A DNA stretch of 64,000 nt from Balanoglossus misakiensis (lineage: Eukaryota; Animalia; Hemichordata), in contig CM082588.2 in NCBI GenBank assembly GCA_040954595.2, forward strand, positions 12,413,398 through 12,477,397, given 5' to 3'. Of the stretch, positions 1 to 12,973 are shown piece by piece (the stretch's first letter is position 1; each line of letters starts with the position of its first letter). A model generated the notes under the pieces. That model was not told the DNA's origin, made no database searches, and saw only the letters and a program-made list of their open reading frames with translations. The position numbers were made by a program, and so were the translations under genes.

Positions 1-745
1 TTTGCAAAATCTTTGATGAACTGCTGGTCAGTTCTTTTAAATTTTGTATGCAGGTTCCTGGGGCTAACCTAAGAAAGGTTTGTCCAAACTGTGCCAGCTG
101 TGGTGAAATTTGTATTTTTGGGTCTTTGTGGTTTTTGGTTTACAAATTTTTTTCTAAAACTGCTTGTCTGAATTCTTTGACATTTGGTGTGCATGTTCCT
201 GGGGGTGATCTAAGGAAAACTGGTTCAAAATCTGGGGTATCTTTTGAGCGATTTTTGCTGTTATTGTTACAAAAACCTTCTTCTCCGAGTCTGAAAATGC
301 TTCTCTGTTCTTTGTAGTTTGGTATGCAGGTTCTTGGGGCTAACTTAAGTAAAGTTTGTGCAATTTGTGGTGAAATTTGGATATTTGTAATTTGGGACAA
401 TGATGCTGTTTTTTGGTAAAAATTCTTCTTAGAATTGCTTGTTTGATCACCTTAAAATTTAGGGTGTGGGTACCTAGGGGTGATTCTACGTCAGATTGGT
501 GCAAGTTTAGAAACATTTTGCCCTACTTTTATATTTTAATATAAAGGGTATCTTGATTTTGCCCTATTGCTCTGTTGTCAAGTTTTTCCTGTTCTCATGC
601 GAAGTTGTTTATAAGTTTCACAGCAGTGTTGCATCAGCCACTAGATTGCTTGTCTGGGATTCTGTTTTGAATATGAATTGATCCAGTTTGTTTGTTGTTG
701 ATGTATTTCACCTAGCCTGGACAGTGTCATTGATAGTTACTTGTT
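1..745 (+). repeat. 3' part of a non-autonomous interspersed repeat (HINE/Helentron-like) with degenerate internal repeats
   Basis: Recurrent 'ggtatgcaggttcctgggg' and 'tgtggtgaaattt' motifs, resembling the repeat at 53672-54770; no credible ORF. Confidence 0.4.
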
Positions 746-997
746 ATGTTTTAAACAATGTGATATATTTATTCTGTACCAAAGCAGAGAAAAAACACAA
801 TTGTAGGTGACAAGTAACTTTGAAACCATCATCTATTTGTAGGTTTTCCGTCCCTATGCAAAGTTTTGGTTCACACCATTGATGCAATGGTTGATAAGTG
901 ATCAGACGTGTGGTCATGGAATCCATTACATGATCAGAGATGTCATAGTGGTTATGTTGATGTGGGCAACTACAGCAACGCCTGAGGTAAGAATTAA

Positions 998-1211
998 AGA
1001 GACAAATAGATGATTGTATGATGTGAGAGTAAAAATCTCACTGAAATGAATAAATGGTGGAGACCGGTTATTTCAAGTCTGCAAGCGGGATAGAAGTTGT
1101 GTGTGGTTGAAAGTTGATTCGCAATATATCCACATGTACATTAACATAAAAGGTGTCTTGTATCAAACATAATAAATGGAAAAAGGGCAGCGAGAGAGAG
1201 ACTTTGTCCCT
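998..1211. mobile_element. Kolobok-like MITE
   Basis: TTAA at 994-997 and 1212-1215; termini AGAGACAAA / TTTGTCCCT are imperfect inverted repeats; the same right end recurs at ~37213-37243 and ~38727-38757. Confidence 0.55.
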
Positions 1212-1521
1212 TTAAGAAATGCCCATGTTAATATTGCATATACAGCATCTTACTGTTTTGTGTTTCTGTGGATTATCAGATATTGCAAGTTAGAAAGTTT
1301 TTTCAACTTAAACTCTAAATTATAGATCAGCTTTGCTGTACTTTGGCAGATTTATTATAGTACTCATGAAGTAGAAAAATGAGAACCATATTTAACTGAA
1401 TAATTTATTGCAATCAAGGACTTCAAAATTTCATAAAATAGTGAAATAGACATTCATCATTTCAGAAACTGTTTTGTTTTATACAGACAACTAATTCCAT
1501 GCTGAAGGTTTCAATAATGTA

Positions 1522-2587
1522 CAGACCCGCCAATAAGTATTTACGCACCTTGAAAATGTACGTTTGACATGAAAAATTATTCACAAAATTGATCGACTGT
1601 AACTTATTTCCGAAAATAAATAACCTACGGAAGGTTTAACCCATTTTAGTCAACACAGATGTGTTGCCGCGCTGAATTTGACTGCATACGCGGCGAGTTT
1701 TCCGGCCAGTGAAAATTCCTATGGTTATTGCAATGGCGGTATACTCATTAAGATATCATTTGCATCTCATTAAGTTTTCGCACCATTGTTTCCGTGGCTA
1801 ATTTCCCTCTATTCGTATTTAAATCTCCACCAATCAGAGCTTTTAAATATAATTCCGATTAAATTTGAGGGGCGGGAAAATCTGCCAGACTTGCTTATGA
1901 ATATTCTGATCGAGGTTGTCGGAGGTTGCTGCATAATTTTTGTTTGTAGACATTGAATCAATGAAATCATGCCCAAAGTTCGCGAACTTCCTGAATTTGT
2001 GAAAGGTCAATTTGAGGCACTGCATAGGCAAGGTTTGAGGAACAGGGAAATCGCAAGGCAGCTTGGAATCATCGAAGGCAGCGTCAGGTACAACATTCGG
2101 AAACTTGTTCAAAATGGTAGCACATACAATTTACAGCGATCTGGACGGCCAAGGCGAACAACGGAACGGGAAGACCGAATGTTGATAAGATCAAGTCTGA
2201 CGGACAGAATCAAGACGGCCCGTGACCTCCGCGCTAAATTTCATGAGGATACCAGGAAACTTTTGAGTATGAGCACAATCAAATCTCGATTGTATAGAGG
2301 AGCTTGACTCTATGGATGTGTGACTAAGAAAAAGCCGAAATTACAACCCCGGCACATCACAGCTCGACTACGTTTCGCCCTGCGTTAGGTCAACTGGATA
2401 CCTGTTCAGTGGTCTCGGGTTGTGTGGGCAGACGAGTCTAAGTTCACCGTGTTTAGGAGCCGAGGGAGAGTTTTCGTTAGACGGCGACCTGGCGAAGAGT
2501 ACGAAAATTGACTGTATCAGTCCCGCAGTAAAGTTTGGTGGTGGCAGTGTTATGGTTTGGGGGTGTTTCTTGGCTGCAGGTGTGGGT
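1522..2587 (+). mobile_element. Tc1/mariner DNA transposon, 3'-truncated
   Basis: Starts TA|CAG at 1520-1524 and contains a Tc1 transposase pseudogene; ends abruptly where sequence paralogous to 7743 begins. Confidence 0.8.
1969..2587 (+). pseudogene. Tc1-family transposase (HTH, GRPR linker, first catalytic D) with stops and a frameshift
   Basis: EIARQLG HTH, RSGRPR, KKKPKL, VVWADESKF and KFGGGSVMVWGCF; in-frame stops; cut off before the second D. Confidence 0.9.
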
Positions 2588-2681
2588 TGTCAAAACTCTG
2601 GATAAACTCAGTGTGTAGGTCATAGCCGTTTCAGGGTGTGCAGGCTTGACCTTTTGTTATCATGAAAGGTATTAGATATTA

Positions 2682-2913
2682 TTACAGATTTGACGGTATA
2701 TTTGTTCTCTGGGTAAAGTTGTACATTTTATCATATTTCTTTTCCATTGCCATTGATTTCAGACTTGCTGCTGCACTACCACCCCTGGTCAAAGGACAGC
2801 CTAAGGCTTCATCCTTTGTATGTGTTGATTCAGCCAATCCATTATTTAGACGATAAATTGTTGAAGCTCCACGTGAAGTCGCATTGCGAGAGAAATTGAC
2901 ATTTTTAGGTAAG
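2682..2913 (-). pseudogene. C-terminal fragment of a Kolobok/Mutator-like DDE transposase, split by the hAT MITE (continues at 4077-4144)
   Basis: Joined reading KVRFGTNTQWCEAVNRGISTSLPKNVNFSRNATSRGASTIYRLNNG; uninterrupted paralog at ~7840-8135. Confidence 0.55.
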
Positions 2914-4076
2914 AGTGCAGGAGCTAACCCCACATTTTGGCATAATTGTGCACTTTGGGTTAAAAGCATAAAACTTGGTACACTTATGCATTGACCCGTG
3001 GCGGCCGTTTTCTGATATGGATCCAAAATTACAGCGCCCTCTAGTGGCCAGAAAAAGACATTCATACTTAAAAATTGTGCACTTTGGGTTAAAAGCATGA
3101 AATTTGGTACAATTATTCATTGACCCATGGCGGACATTTTCCAATATGGATCCCAAAAGACAGCGCCTTCTAGTGGCTAGAAACTGACATTTACACTTTC
3201 CCCCCCATTAATGACACTTTTTTGGGCAAGTTTAACACTCAGAGACAGGAATGTGGGTTGTAAAACATGCTTGCTCCCATACATTCCTTTGAATATTATC
3301 CTAATCCTGATGTACATGCATCATATCAATCTTGTATGTTACTAATTGAACGATTTGTTCTTCGAAATAACAACCAGTTCAATACACAAAGTCATGCAAA
3401 GGGGTAATACAACACCTCTTCTCCAGAAAGTCAAGGGTTCTCGAGAATACAGGCAGCATCTAAAGAACATGTGCTGTGAGAAACCTAGCAAAGCTATATC
3501 AAACCAACAGAATCCCAGTGGAAATCAAGTTGGACAACTCTTAGTCAAGCCCAAGAAAAGAGTCAACCTCAGGAAATCAGTGGCCAAAAGTCATGCACAT
3601 GATTCTGTAGGTGCTTTAGGTCTAGTCTGACAGCAGTGGTCATTGTTACTGTGAAGGAAGATGTAATCAAGATTGATCTGATACATGTATATCAGGATTA
3701 GGATAATATACACATGAATGTATGGTAGCAAGCATGTTTTACAACCCACATTCCTGTTTCTGAGTGTTACAAATGACCAAAAAGTGCCATTAATGGGGGA
3801 AAGTGTGAATGTCAGTTTCTGGCCACAAGAGGGCGCTGTCATTTTGGATCCATATCAGAAAATGGCCGCCATGGGTCAATGCATAAGTGTACCAAGTTTC
3901 AGGCTTTTAACCCGAAGTGCACGGTTTTTAAGTATGAATGTCTGTTTCTGGCCACTAGAGGGTGCTGTCATTTTGGATCCATATCAGAAAATGGCCGCCA
4001 TGGGTCAATGCATAAGTGTACCAAGTTTCATGCTTTTAACCCAAAGTGCACGATTTTTTTGTTAACTGCCCCACTA
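2914..4076. mobile_element. hAT-like MITE with ~400-bp inverted arms, copy 1
   Basis: (T)AGTG...CACTA termini; arms are reverse complements; empty site TAAGTAAG at ~8068-8075 versus right flank TAAGGAAG. Confidence 0.85.
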
Positions 4077-4144
4077 TAAGGAAGTACTAATGCCCCGATT
4101 CACTGCCTCACACCATTGAGTATTGGTGCCAAATCTAACCTTAA

Positions 4145-6389
4145 AGCCTCAGTATTTCTCGTAGGGGCAAAATTTTGTTTGAAACGGCATCTATAATTTC
4201 TAAAAGTAGATGATATAATTGATACTGAAGCGAACAGTCATCATCCCCAGCTCTGCTGATAAACTCATACAATTTACAATATAACGAGTGAAGAATGACT
4301 TTCTCTCCGGACAGAAAGTCACGTGAGTCAGGCTCCTGTTGACACACGGAATGCAACGTAATTACACTACTGCGCATGCGTACTCAAATGTACACAAGTA
4401 TCAGCAAACAGCAACGGCGCGGCGTCCACATCCGCGTCCATAGAGTCTACGCGGAAGGGGTTTGGTCGCCCCAAATCTAGCGACTTAGCGAAGAAACGCG
4501 CACTTAGGGACGAGGTCATTTTCAAATAGGCGATACCACGCGAGGTTACCCCCCCCCCCCCCCTCGCCCTACTCTGGCAGTTCAGACGGGAAAGCGATTA
4601 GCAGCGTTTAATGAGTTCGCATGCGTAATGTATCCCAATGCGATACCACACTGATTAGCACCTCGTTAGTGTACTGTTGTTTTATGTTGAAGGCTTCTGA
4701 TTTCGCTGACAGTCTTCTGCATGTACTCTTATGGGTGACAGGAGAGAGAGAATTGTGCAAGGTTATCAATACATGTATGTCTGTTTTGAACTTTCATGTC
4801 TGTTTTGGACTGAGAGCTGTTGAATGAGGGAGAGATCTCGCACGAACGATCAGGAGGTCGCGCAGACGAAATCCTTTCATTGCGTGAAGCAACAATCTCA
4901 CAATAAAATTGCAACATGAGCTGAGTAGGCCTAAGTGTCCTTTCCTGCCAACGCATGCCACAAGTGAATTTGAGAAAACTTGTTCCACATGTATAAAATC
5001 CATAGAGTATTTCTAAAAGCTGGGGAGTTCATTCTAAGTACAACTGTTGTCTGGCTAGGGGTCCCATCTTGAACGTCACCTTATGAGTGACCCTCTGACC
5101 TAAAGCATGTTGTACAGGGAATAATGTCAACTCTGTCTTTTTAGTCTTATACAAGAAATTTGCAGTGGAAACTATATTAAAAGTTCAATTGGAGGGTTTT
5201 CAACAAAACTGAGAATTCCGGTACAGAGGTATTGGTTGGTTTCAGAAGCAATTGGAGTCATGGAAGTTCACTGCCTGCGCACCCGAGTCCGATACAATAT
5301 AGGCGTGATATCACAGTGTAACTTATACTTCCCAAGAGCGTGACTGCTTGTATGTACTGTATCAAATTCAACGATAAACCAAGTTTGCTACAAGTGTGCT
5401 ATGAAGTTGTTATCAGTATCGATTACAGGTCGTAAGGTCATAAACTGTGAACATTGATTCTCTTGTACGCGTACACCCAAGCCGGCGAAAATGAAAAGAT
5501 TTTACAAAAAAAAAAACAGGCCAGCGATTTTCCTCTGTTTACAGGCGGAAATTTTTCGCTATACAGCCGGCTATTTTTCCGGCTTCCGACTATTTTCTAC
5601 ATCCCTGCTTTTAGCGAGGGCATGACCTTCTGTGGTCAGTATGGGACACTTGAGTGCGCGATTGCCTGCTTCTATAAATAACTAACATGGTCTCTTACTC
5701 AGTCGCGCAAAAGGGGAAAAATAAGACCATATTCTCGTGATTTTTTCTCTCTCAATTATTGGAGCCGTTCAGGCCATTTGCTACCGCAGGGTTACTGTTG
5801 GACTACAGGGCTGTTTAGACAATATAATGGCACTAGTTCAAGGTGTGAACGACCCCGGTAATGAGTTGCTCATGAATATTCACGTCATATAACATGAGAG
5901 GAGGTATACTATGCGAATGCGAGGTCGGGGGAACCGCGCGCGGTACTGCCTACTTGAAAATTACATCTTCCCTAATTCGGCGAAATTACGGGAAGATAAA
6001 TATATAGGATGAAATCAGTCGATGGAACCAGATCAAATCCGAAAATGTTCTGACATCAAATGTCGAAATTGCACGTTTGCTGATCGACCGTAAGAAAGTG
6101 ACCAGAGCCCTGCGAGGTCCGTATTGTTTTGATCACGCGTAATCCCAAACATCTCGCGAGATTGATGCGTCATCGCTATAAGCGTTCTCGGTCACATGTA
6201 CACCATGTCCAATGTAAACAAACCCGCGCATCATATCAAGTGTTACTGCAATATTTTCGGCTTGCATGTAGCTACAATTGCCCAAACCTTTCTTACATCT
6301 TCATTATGTAGTATTCCATGATGAATGTACGGGAAAAACGGGCTTTTTTCGATGATGAAAAATGGATACACACGAGAAATACTGGGGCT
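4145..6389. mobile_element. Non-autonomous Kolobok-like DNA transposon, copy 1
   Basis: TIRs AGCCTCAGTATTTCTCGT / ACGAGAAATACTGGGGCT; TTAA on both sides; empty paralogous site CC-TTAA-TATTCC at 8130-8141. Confidence 0.85.
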
Positions 6390-7536
6390 TTAATATTCCA
6401 TTCTATGCATGTTGCTTATCATGGCAATGGCAGCCATATTGGATTTCTCTGGTATTGGGGTGTAGGGTAACAATATGTCATTTTCAATGTAAATATTTTC
6501 TGCCTGGCCAAATTAGTATTTTTTTGTAAAGCAGGAGTGTCAAGTGTTTTCATATGTTAAATTTGTACAAATCCCTGCATTGGTTTTTCTGAGGGGGGTG
6601 TTTATTTTCAGAAATTTGAGCAAAAACATGAGTAATATTGCATTTCCATTGAAAATTAGCAAAGTTTTACGTTGTATTTCAAATTTCTGCAATGATTACA
6701 ACAGTTATGAGAGAGACAGTCTTTGACAAGTGCACAACTTGTAGGATCTATGTTCTGGGGCTGCAAGATTTTTTTCTAGTGGTATGATTTCATGTGTCAC
6801 AGTTTTTTTTGTCAATTAAAATTACATGTGTCATTACTACACATGTATGGTTTCAAACTGACCCATCAGCAGAAGTACTTGGCAAGGGATTTTTATATTT
6901 TAACATTATTTATTGGGACAGTCTGTCTTTTTACTGGTAGTCAAATTTTGCATTTTTGTTAATTTTGACTTCCCTATATTGGCACAAGACCTGTAATTCA
7001 CTTCCTGGTTCGTAACCCTCGAAGATAGTCCGTAAAAAGTAGTGCATTGCCTAATATTTTGAGACCTGAATTGATGCTGAATAGGATTTACCATGGATAT
7101 GTAGCATTTTTGGAGAGAGCATTTTGAGATGCATTCAAAATTCCCACTGGTGTGAGAGAATGTGGTGTAATGTTGTTGTACACAGCGGAGTAATCGAAGA
7201 TGAGGCGACTGTGCACTTTGGCATAATTTTTTTTCAAAATTACCACTGGGGTAGCTATTTTGATCTCTCCCGAAAAAAAAATCCATGGACTTGCCTGCAC
7301 GAAAATTTAGCCTGTGCACAAACAGACCATGTTCTGACAGTAGTTAACGGGATTCGGCTCGCTCAACGTTATAAAATAGGAATATTTAGCTCAACGCTAC
7401 CATTGTCATCTATGGGAAATGAATCACAGATCTTGCGCCTATATAGAGGAGTTTTAAGGTATGGTCCTATTGGATACAATTTGTCATTTTTTTTTATGTT
7501 TTGGCGGGTCTAACCTAAATTCTGTCATCATTAGCA

Positions 7537-7776
7537 ATGGACCCCGACACGCTAGAGAAATACCGCACCAAGCTTCACGAAAATTCATTCTTGGCCAGCA
7601 ACGGGGAGTGTCAGATATGGTGTGGTTCCTTGAAAACAGGGGGAAAATATGGAGTCACAAATGTAAAACAGTCGAGCACTTCTTCGTGGAAGTGTATTGT
7701 GGTCCATCGTGTATCATACATGGTGGACCACAATACCACAGTGGTTGTCAAAACTCTGGATAAACTCAGTGTGTAG
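7537..7776 (+). pseudogene. His-Me finger (HNH/His-Cys-like) endonuclease, truncated; KolobokP-like accessory nuclease
   Basis: ECQIWCGS..GGKYG..VVHRVSYM matches the CWxWxG..YG..HRVSY pattern; C-terminal His/Asn part is missing. Confidence 0.65.
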
Positions 7777-7839
7777 GTCACGGCCGTTTCAGGGTGTGCA
7801 GGCTTGACCTTTCGTTATCATGAAAGGTATTAGATATTA

Positions 7840-8135
7840 TTACAGATTTGACAGTATATTTGTTCTCTGGGTAAAGTTGTACATTTTATCATATTTCTTT
7901 TCCATTGTCATTGATTTCAGACTTGCTGCTGCACTACCACCCCTTGTCAAAGGACAGCTTAAGGCTTCATCCTTTGTATGTGTTGATTCAGCCAATCCAT
8001 TATTTAGACGATGAATTGCTGAAGCTCAACGTGAAGTCGCATTGCGAGAGAAGTTGACATTTTTAGGTAAGTAAGTACTAATGCCCCGATTCACTGCCCT
8101 ACACCTTTGAGTATTGGTGCCAAATCTAACCTTAA
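7840..8135 (-). pseudogene. Kolobok/Mutator-like transposase C-terminal fragment, convergent with the His-Me ORF
   Basis: NTQRCRAVNRGISTYLPKNVNFSRNATSR*ASAIHRLNNG. Confidence 0.55.
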
Positions 8136-8244
8136 TATTCCATTCTATGCATGTTGCTCAGCATGGCAAAATGTCATTCAGTGGCAATGGCAGCCATATT
8201 GGATTTCTCTGGTATTGGGGTGTAGGGTAACAATACGTCATTTT

Positions 8245-10232
8245 TAGGTCCCATTGGTATAGGCATATATACCATGGGACCTTATGGGATGGGTTGCGTC
8301 TGTATGTATGTATGGATGGATGGATGGATGGATGTATGTATGTATGGAGGTATGTCTGTATGTCCGTCCACATCAAAAACTTGAAAACCGCTGCGCGTAT
8401 CACCTCAATATTTGGTGTGTAGGTGCAGGCAGGGCTGCAGATGGGAGTTTGTCCAAATGAAATTGCCAGGCCCAAAAATATGCAAATTAGCTTGTAAAAT
8501 GTGAAATTGATCAAAACTCTGTAAGTCAACAATTACTGGTCAGATTGCTTTGAAAATTGGTATGCATGTACCTTATGTCAACCTCACCCGACCTGTAAGT
8601 GTTCAGTTGATATCATGGATGTTTTATTTGTTATGAATTTTTTAGTCTTTTTATTAAATTTATACCTTTACTTATACCTCTATGGTTAAGCTATGTCCAC
8701 GTCTTATTGTGGAATTCTGGTCTGTGCAATAGTCCTGTACAGTGACTGTCTATTGGTCAGTGAGCACAATGGGGCCAAAATAAATGGCAAAATGTTGGGA
8801 TCACCTGTAACACCTGCTTAACACATTAATTATGTGCATACCTAATTCTGGGCTAACTAATAGGGCTAGAGGTTTCGTTCTTGTGGGACATGGATCAGTA
8901 TAGGGTCAAAATTTCTTGCCCAAATTTTGGGTGACCTCAGGTGACCTTTGACCTACTTTCCTATATCTCGGCATCCAGAGCAGGTACAGACTTGCCGTTT
9001 GGAGGGTTGGGACTAAAATTGAAAAGCCAAAATATTGGTCACCTGTGACACCTGCATATCTCATTTATTATGTGCATACCTAATTCAAGGCTAACCAATA
9101 GGGCTATAGGTTTGTTTTTTGTTGAACATGGACCAGTATAGGGTAAAAATTTCTTGCCCAAATTTTGCATAACCTCAGGTGACCTTTGACCTACTTTACC
9201 ATTTCTTCGCATCCAGAGCAGGTACAGACTTGGCGTTTGGAGGGTTAAGCCAAAATTGGGGGTCACCTGTGACACCTGCATATCTCATTAATGATGTACA
9301 TACCTAATTCCAGGCTAACCAATAGGGCTATAGGTTTGGTGTTTGTTGAACATGGACAAGTATAGGGTCAAAATGTCTTGCCCAAATTTTGCATGACCTT
9401 AGGTGACCTTTGACCTACTTTACCATATCTTGGCATCCAGAGCAGGTACAGACTTGGCGTTCGGAGGGTTGGGACTAAAATTGAAAAGCCAAAATTGGGG
9501 GTCACCTGTGACACCTGCATATCTCATTAATTATGGGCATACCTAATTCCAGGCTAACCAATAGGGCTATAGGTTTGGTTTTTGTTGAACGTGGACCAGT
9601 ATAGGGTCAAAATTTCTTGCCCAAATTTTGCATGACCTCAGGTGACCTTTGGCCTACTTTACCATATCTTGGCATCCAGAGCAGGTACAGACTTGGCGTT
9701 CGGAGGGTTGGGACTAAAATTGAAAAGCCAAAATTGGGGGTCACCTGTGACACCTGCATATCTCATTAATTATGTGCATATCTAATTCCAGGCTAACCAA
9801 TAGGGCTATAGGTTTGGTTTTTGTTGAACATGGACCAGTATAAGGTCAAAATTTCTTGCCCACATTTTGCATGACCTCAGGTGACCTTTGACCTACTTTA
9901 TCATATCTTGGCATCCAGAGCAGGTACAGACTTGGCGTTTGGAGGGTTGGGACTAAAATTGAAAAGCCAAAATTTGGGGTCACCTGTGACACCTGCATAT
10001 CTCATTAATTATGTGCATACCTAATTCCAGGCTAACCAATAGGGCTATAGGTTTGGTTTTTGTTGAACATGGACCAGTATAGGGTCAAAATTTCTTGCCC
10101 AAATTTTGCATAACCTCAGGTGACCTTTGACCTACTTTTCCATATCTTGGCATCCAAAGCAGATATGCTTATTGCTATGTTGCTATGTGCTATGTTGGCT
10201 TGGGCCTGCTATTGCTGCTTGCAGCTATATTT
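8245..10232 (+). mobile_element. HINE/Helentron-like non-autonomous element (probably composite) with a microsatellite and a ~239-bp tandem array
   Basis: 5' hairpin AGGTCCCATTGGTATA..TATACCATGGGACCT, (TGTA/TGGA)n, about 5.7 units at 8803-10160, 3' GCTGC-TT-GCAGC hairpin then a T-run. Confidence 0.7.
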
Positions 10233-10969
10233 TTTCTTTAAAACTGCTATTAAATTTTTAATTACCAGTGGCAGGTCAGTGTCTGTCTGTCTGTCTGTTC
10301 CAGGGCTGACTGAAAGAAGTTGCTTCTCATATGTGTTTGTACAGACAATTTTTGGTCATTTTTTTTCTAGCACCACTTGTTAGACTGCCATGACACATGA
10401 CAGTTTATTGGGCATGTTCCTTGTTAATTTTTTTACATTCCATATTTCTATATCGTAAGATCATATCTGCTTGCAATGTCACCTGTAATTTTTATTCTGG
10501 TGTGTCACTGTTTCCGCATAATCCTCAAATGCGACCACAGTGTCCTTGACGCTATTTTTACATTGAATGGACTAGTCTGCTCAAACTTTCCTCACCAAAA
10601 ATTCTGTTTAATCTTCTGTAACATGTATACTAGTATACATGTAGCTGCCTGATAGTTTGCCCTGTGTGTGTAATTGCTGAGTGACATAACGCATTCTGTG
10701 ATTGGTCCAGTCACGTAACCACCAATCAGATCGCTTGTTATAAGGAGAACTGCGCGACCTTTTACCGCATTAGCATACCTAATTTTTAGGGCTCGATATT
10801 ACCTCTGAGGACGCAATATTTAAGTTGAAGTTTTTTTTCTTTTATCATATTAATGCAAGAAGACTTGTTTTTTATGTAAAGGAAATAGACCCTAATATAC
10901 AGAGTGCATTTTGAAACGATAGGCAGGTCCGGCCCATAGCCTAATTCTTCATTTTTCTGTCATGCGTAG

Positions 10970-11086
10970 GAATTGATCAGTGCTAACAACCCATGTCAAA
11001 ATGGCGGCACTTGCCAACCCTAACCTTGTGTGTGGCATTGACGTGCACCTGCCAAGGATGCTATACTGGGGAGTGCTGTGAAAATT
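10970..11086 (+). pseudogene. EGF-like exon, frameshifted
   Basis: ag|GAATTGATCAGTGC..GAAAATT|gtaag; NPCQNGGTC..CTCQGCYTG. Confidence 0.7.
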
Positions 11087-11589
11087 GTAAGTCAGTTTCT
11101 TTTGTCTAATTAATCAATATGTGTGGGACTGCTATACATGTATATAAAACAGAATACTGTGATGGAAAATTCAATAACTTAATGTTTCAGTGGATATATG
11201 ACTTAAAGTTAGCAGGATGCAGTGAATTCAACAGAAAGTGTAATTTCCTCTTGTGTGAGATCTGTGCGACTGTGCCAATGAAAATCTCCCCACAAACAAA
11301 AATGACAGGTATACACTGAATATTAGCAGCTTTGTCTCTGTAATAGCCATAGTGTTTTGAAGTTGAAAACTTGCAAAGTGTGCAGTTTTATTCAGACTAC
11401 AAAGGAAACATTGTTGAAACGGATTATCTGTGTACATTGTCAAACTGTACACTTGTCGTGAGATTTATTCTCAATTATATTATATCATGCTACAGTCCGC
11501 AATTCTGATTGGTCGAGAGCTCAATCCAGCGATGCTAAAATACTCAATAATGCACTGCTGGCAGTGGTAAAACGGGCTTTCTGTTTGCC

Positions 11590-12772
11590 ACCTGGGTTTG
11601 TTCTTAGGTTGTTGTATGTGTTTACACTCATCATGTTTATTGTAGAACCAGGGTCGATCAGTGAGGCAACTGCTGTTTGTTCTATCTGCACTATTACTCG
11701 AGGCCTCCTGCCATTCGATTGTTGTACAGTGAAGCAGTATTCATCTCCCGAGCTGTCTTCCACTTTATGCACACCTTTGACAGTTTCATCCTTGTCTACC
11801 CTATTTGCCTTGCCTCTTGATCGGCAGCATTTGGAAAAATGGTGAGGTTTGCCACACTTCCTGCATGACTTGCCTTTAGCTGGACATACTGAGTCATGTG
11901 GATAGGTGCCACCACAATAATAACAAGTGGACGGTCCTTTCGCTGGCTGCTGATGAGCTCTCTTTTGTTTATTTGGTTTCGGGCGTTGATGGCGCTGTTT
12001 TCTGACCGCATTCACAGATGCCATATCTGCACCATTATTTTGGGTTTTCTCCTCAATCCCACTAGCCTGAACCTCTGATACCTCAAACGAACGGGCTGTA
12101 CTCAGTAGACTCTCTAGTGTCGTCTCCTCCCGAAGAGCACGACGTCTGAGACGGGCTGATGTGAATCCTCGTATGATTTGTGATTTGACCTCTTGATCCT
12201 TATTGGTGAAGTCACATATGTTTCTGCTAGGCGTTGTAAACAAGTGTGATAGGCATCAATCGATTCGCCGTTGTTTTGTATGGTGTCTCTGAAGATGAAT
12301 CGTTCGTATTCAATGTTCTGTTTGGGTGAGAAGTACGACGTAAGCTTTAATTTGGCTGTTTTACAGCTCGTTCCTGTATCTGGTAGAGTATCAAAGATGT
12401 CGGAAACTTCCTGACCTGCCCAGTGCAATAGCAGTGCATGTTGTCGCTTGTCATCTGTAATGTTGAATGCGACAAATGCGTTTTCTACTCTAGCCATGTA
12501 CTTTTTCCATCTCGTACTGGTGGTTGTCGGGTCTGAATGAACAGGAAAACTCGGCATTGACGGCTAGCTGATTCTCCATGTTCTCTGTCCTCGTCGCCAA
12601 ATATAGAATCGTGGGTGGGCAATAATGACAACACGAGACACCAAGTCCGGCATGTAAGAGTGAGAGTGCCTAGCCTCGTTCATGCAATTTATTCATAATG
12701 ACCCGAATGTTGCATTACGTCATTTTACAGAATGTATAAAGTATAGATGCTCACTAGTGTTTGGACACTACA
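11590..12772 (-). mobile_element. Gypsy (Mag-like) LTR retrotransposon remnant: 5' LTR, PBS, frameshifted gag and start of protease; copy 1
   Basis: LTR begins TGTAGTG (12772); PBS TGGCGACGAGGA (12599-12588) matches the 3' end of tRNA-Ser(GCU); ALLLHWAG, CYYCGG..HxxxCPAKGKxCxxCGKxxH, LIDPGS. Confidence 0.85.
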
Positions 12773-12973
12773 ATATACATGTGACTGCAGTGTCTTTCCA
12801 ATCATGAATTTGCAAGGTGTCCTTCGGAGAAAATCTTTTGATTCTCTTTTCTGATTTGCTTTGCATATTTAACTTAATGATCTCATTTGTTGGAATTCCC
12901 TGTCTCAAATTTTTGATGATCAGTCTCTGCCCCATTGCTCATCGTCCCAACTTTCTTGTGTATTGAAAACCAG

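Noticed and set aside
2905-4079. Several short ORFs that appear conserved on both strands
   Set aside because: Artefacts of MITE inverted arms and recent duplication
8117-8135. Kolobok terminus at ..AACC-TTAA
   Set aside because: The sequence reads through as transposase codons (KVRFGTNTQ); the TTAA is just a target site
8803-10160. CRISPR or protein-coding repeat
   Set aside because: Plain tandem units without spacers or a sustained ORF
12588-12599. tRNA gene
   Set aside because: Only a 12-nt primer-binding site, no cloverleaf
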